A stretch of DNA of 64,000 nucleotides from Vicugna vicugna (Eukaryota). The translations under genes and the position numbers were made by a program. The notes beneath the pieces are model-generated. The model was not told the DNA's origin, ran no database searches, and was given only the letters and a program-made list of their open reading frames with translations. Location: contig MU057416.1 of the NCBI GenBank assembly GCA_013265495.1, positions 1,296,545-1,360,544 on the forward strand. The letters are read 5' to 3'. Shown piece by piece: positions 63,350-64,000 of the stretch (position 1 is its first letter; the number at the start of each line of letters is the position of its first letter).

Positions 63350-64000
63350 AAAATCTGAGTGAACAAAATGAAAAACTGTGATTTTTATTCATTCTACCAG
63401 TCTTCTCTAGAAATCTCACCAAACCACATTTTAATTCTGCCTTCACAACACACGCCTAGGCGTCCCCAGAGTAACCCACAGGGACCACCAGCAGCGTGCC
63501 AGTCCTCCAGGCGCATCTCCTCCGGGCCCTGAAAACCTGCAAACCCAGGAGCACGGTACACACGTCCATCGGTGCCATCCCCTGAGCCGCCGTCCCCTCT
63601 TGCCTTCCCGCAGAGGTGCCTCCTTGCCTTCCAGAGATGAACCTGTCACCACAGCTCTAACACTTTGTTCTGAACATGTTACACTGTGCTCAGCATTTAT
63701 AGGATTTTTACATTCAGCTCTCACTAACCTCCAAAAAGGAACTCTCTTTCAAATGTTTGCACTCGGCTTTCTGGTAGGAAGAGCCCGGTTTATGTGCAAC
63801 CAAACGTAAAATGCTTCTATTGCTGGTCTTGTCAATTGTGCAATCCACCCTTTAAAAATTAATCTAAAATGTCACTTTCAGACTTAAAAACCTGTATCCC
63901 AGTAAATCCTGAACAAACCATGTTAAATCTAGTCATAACCTAATTTTTCTCTTACTGAAAATAAAGCAGTTTGAAAAGTTAGAGTGTAATTACTCTTGCA

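Noticed and set aside
1..64000. CRISPR arrays, operons, prokaryotic or viral systems, or a named host gene
   Set aside because: The sequence is mammalian repeat-rich DNA with no regularly spaced repeats, no intact RT, transposase or viral ORFs, and no exon I can assign to a known gene

Overview
Mammalian, non-coding (intronic or intergenic) genomic DNA, most likely from a camelid. The assignment rests on about 17 copies of a tRNA-Ala(AGC)-derived SINE with an AATAAA/CCTAATTACCTCCCCC tail (Vic-1 type) and on cetartiodactyl-type L1 3' ends. I recognise no protein-coding exon, and the six-frame ORFs look like chance or repeat-derived frames. The window holds young SINEs and L1s with target-site duplications (TSDs), ancient L1M, L2, MIR, hAT-Charlie and MLT1 relics, microsatellites, a small CpG island at about 41.4-41.85 kb and a 104-N assembly gap. 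Retroelement strand bias and several strong minus-strand splice donors suggest a large intron or 5' region of an unidentified minus-strand gene with internal promoters; this is inference. I see no evidence of a new multi-gene system. The best second-look items are a TSD-flanked orphan retro-insertion nested in an L1, strongly GC-shifted ancient repeats (possible gBGC scars), an inverted SINE pair sharing variants, 5'/3' self-complementarity of the SINE, and a few candidate unannotated exons. Repeat family names come from remembered consensus similarity, and boundaries of old repeats are approximate.
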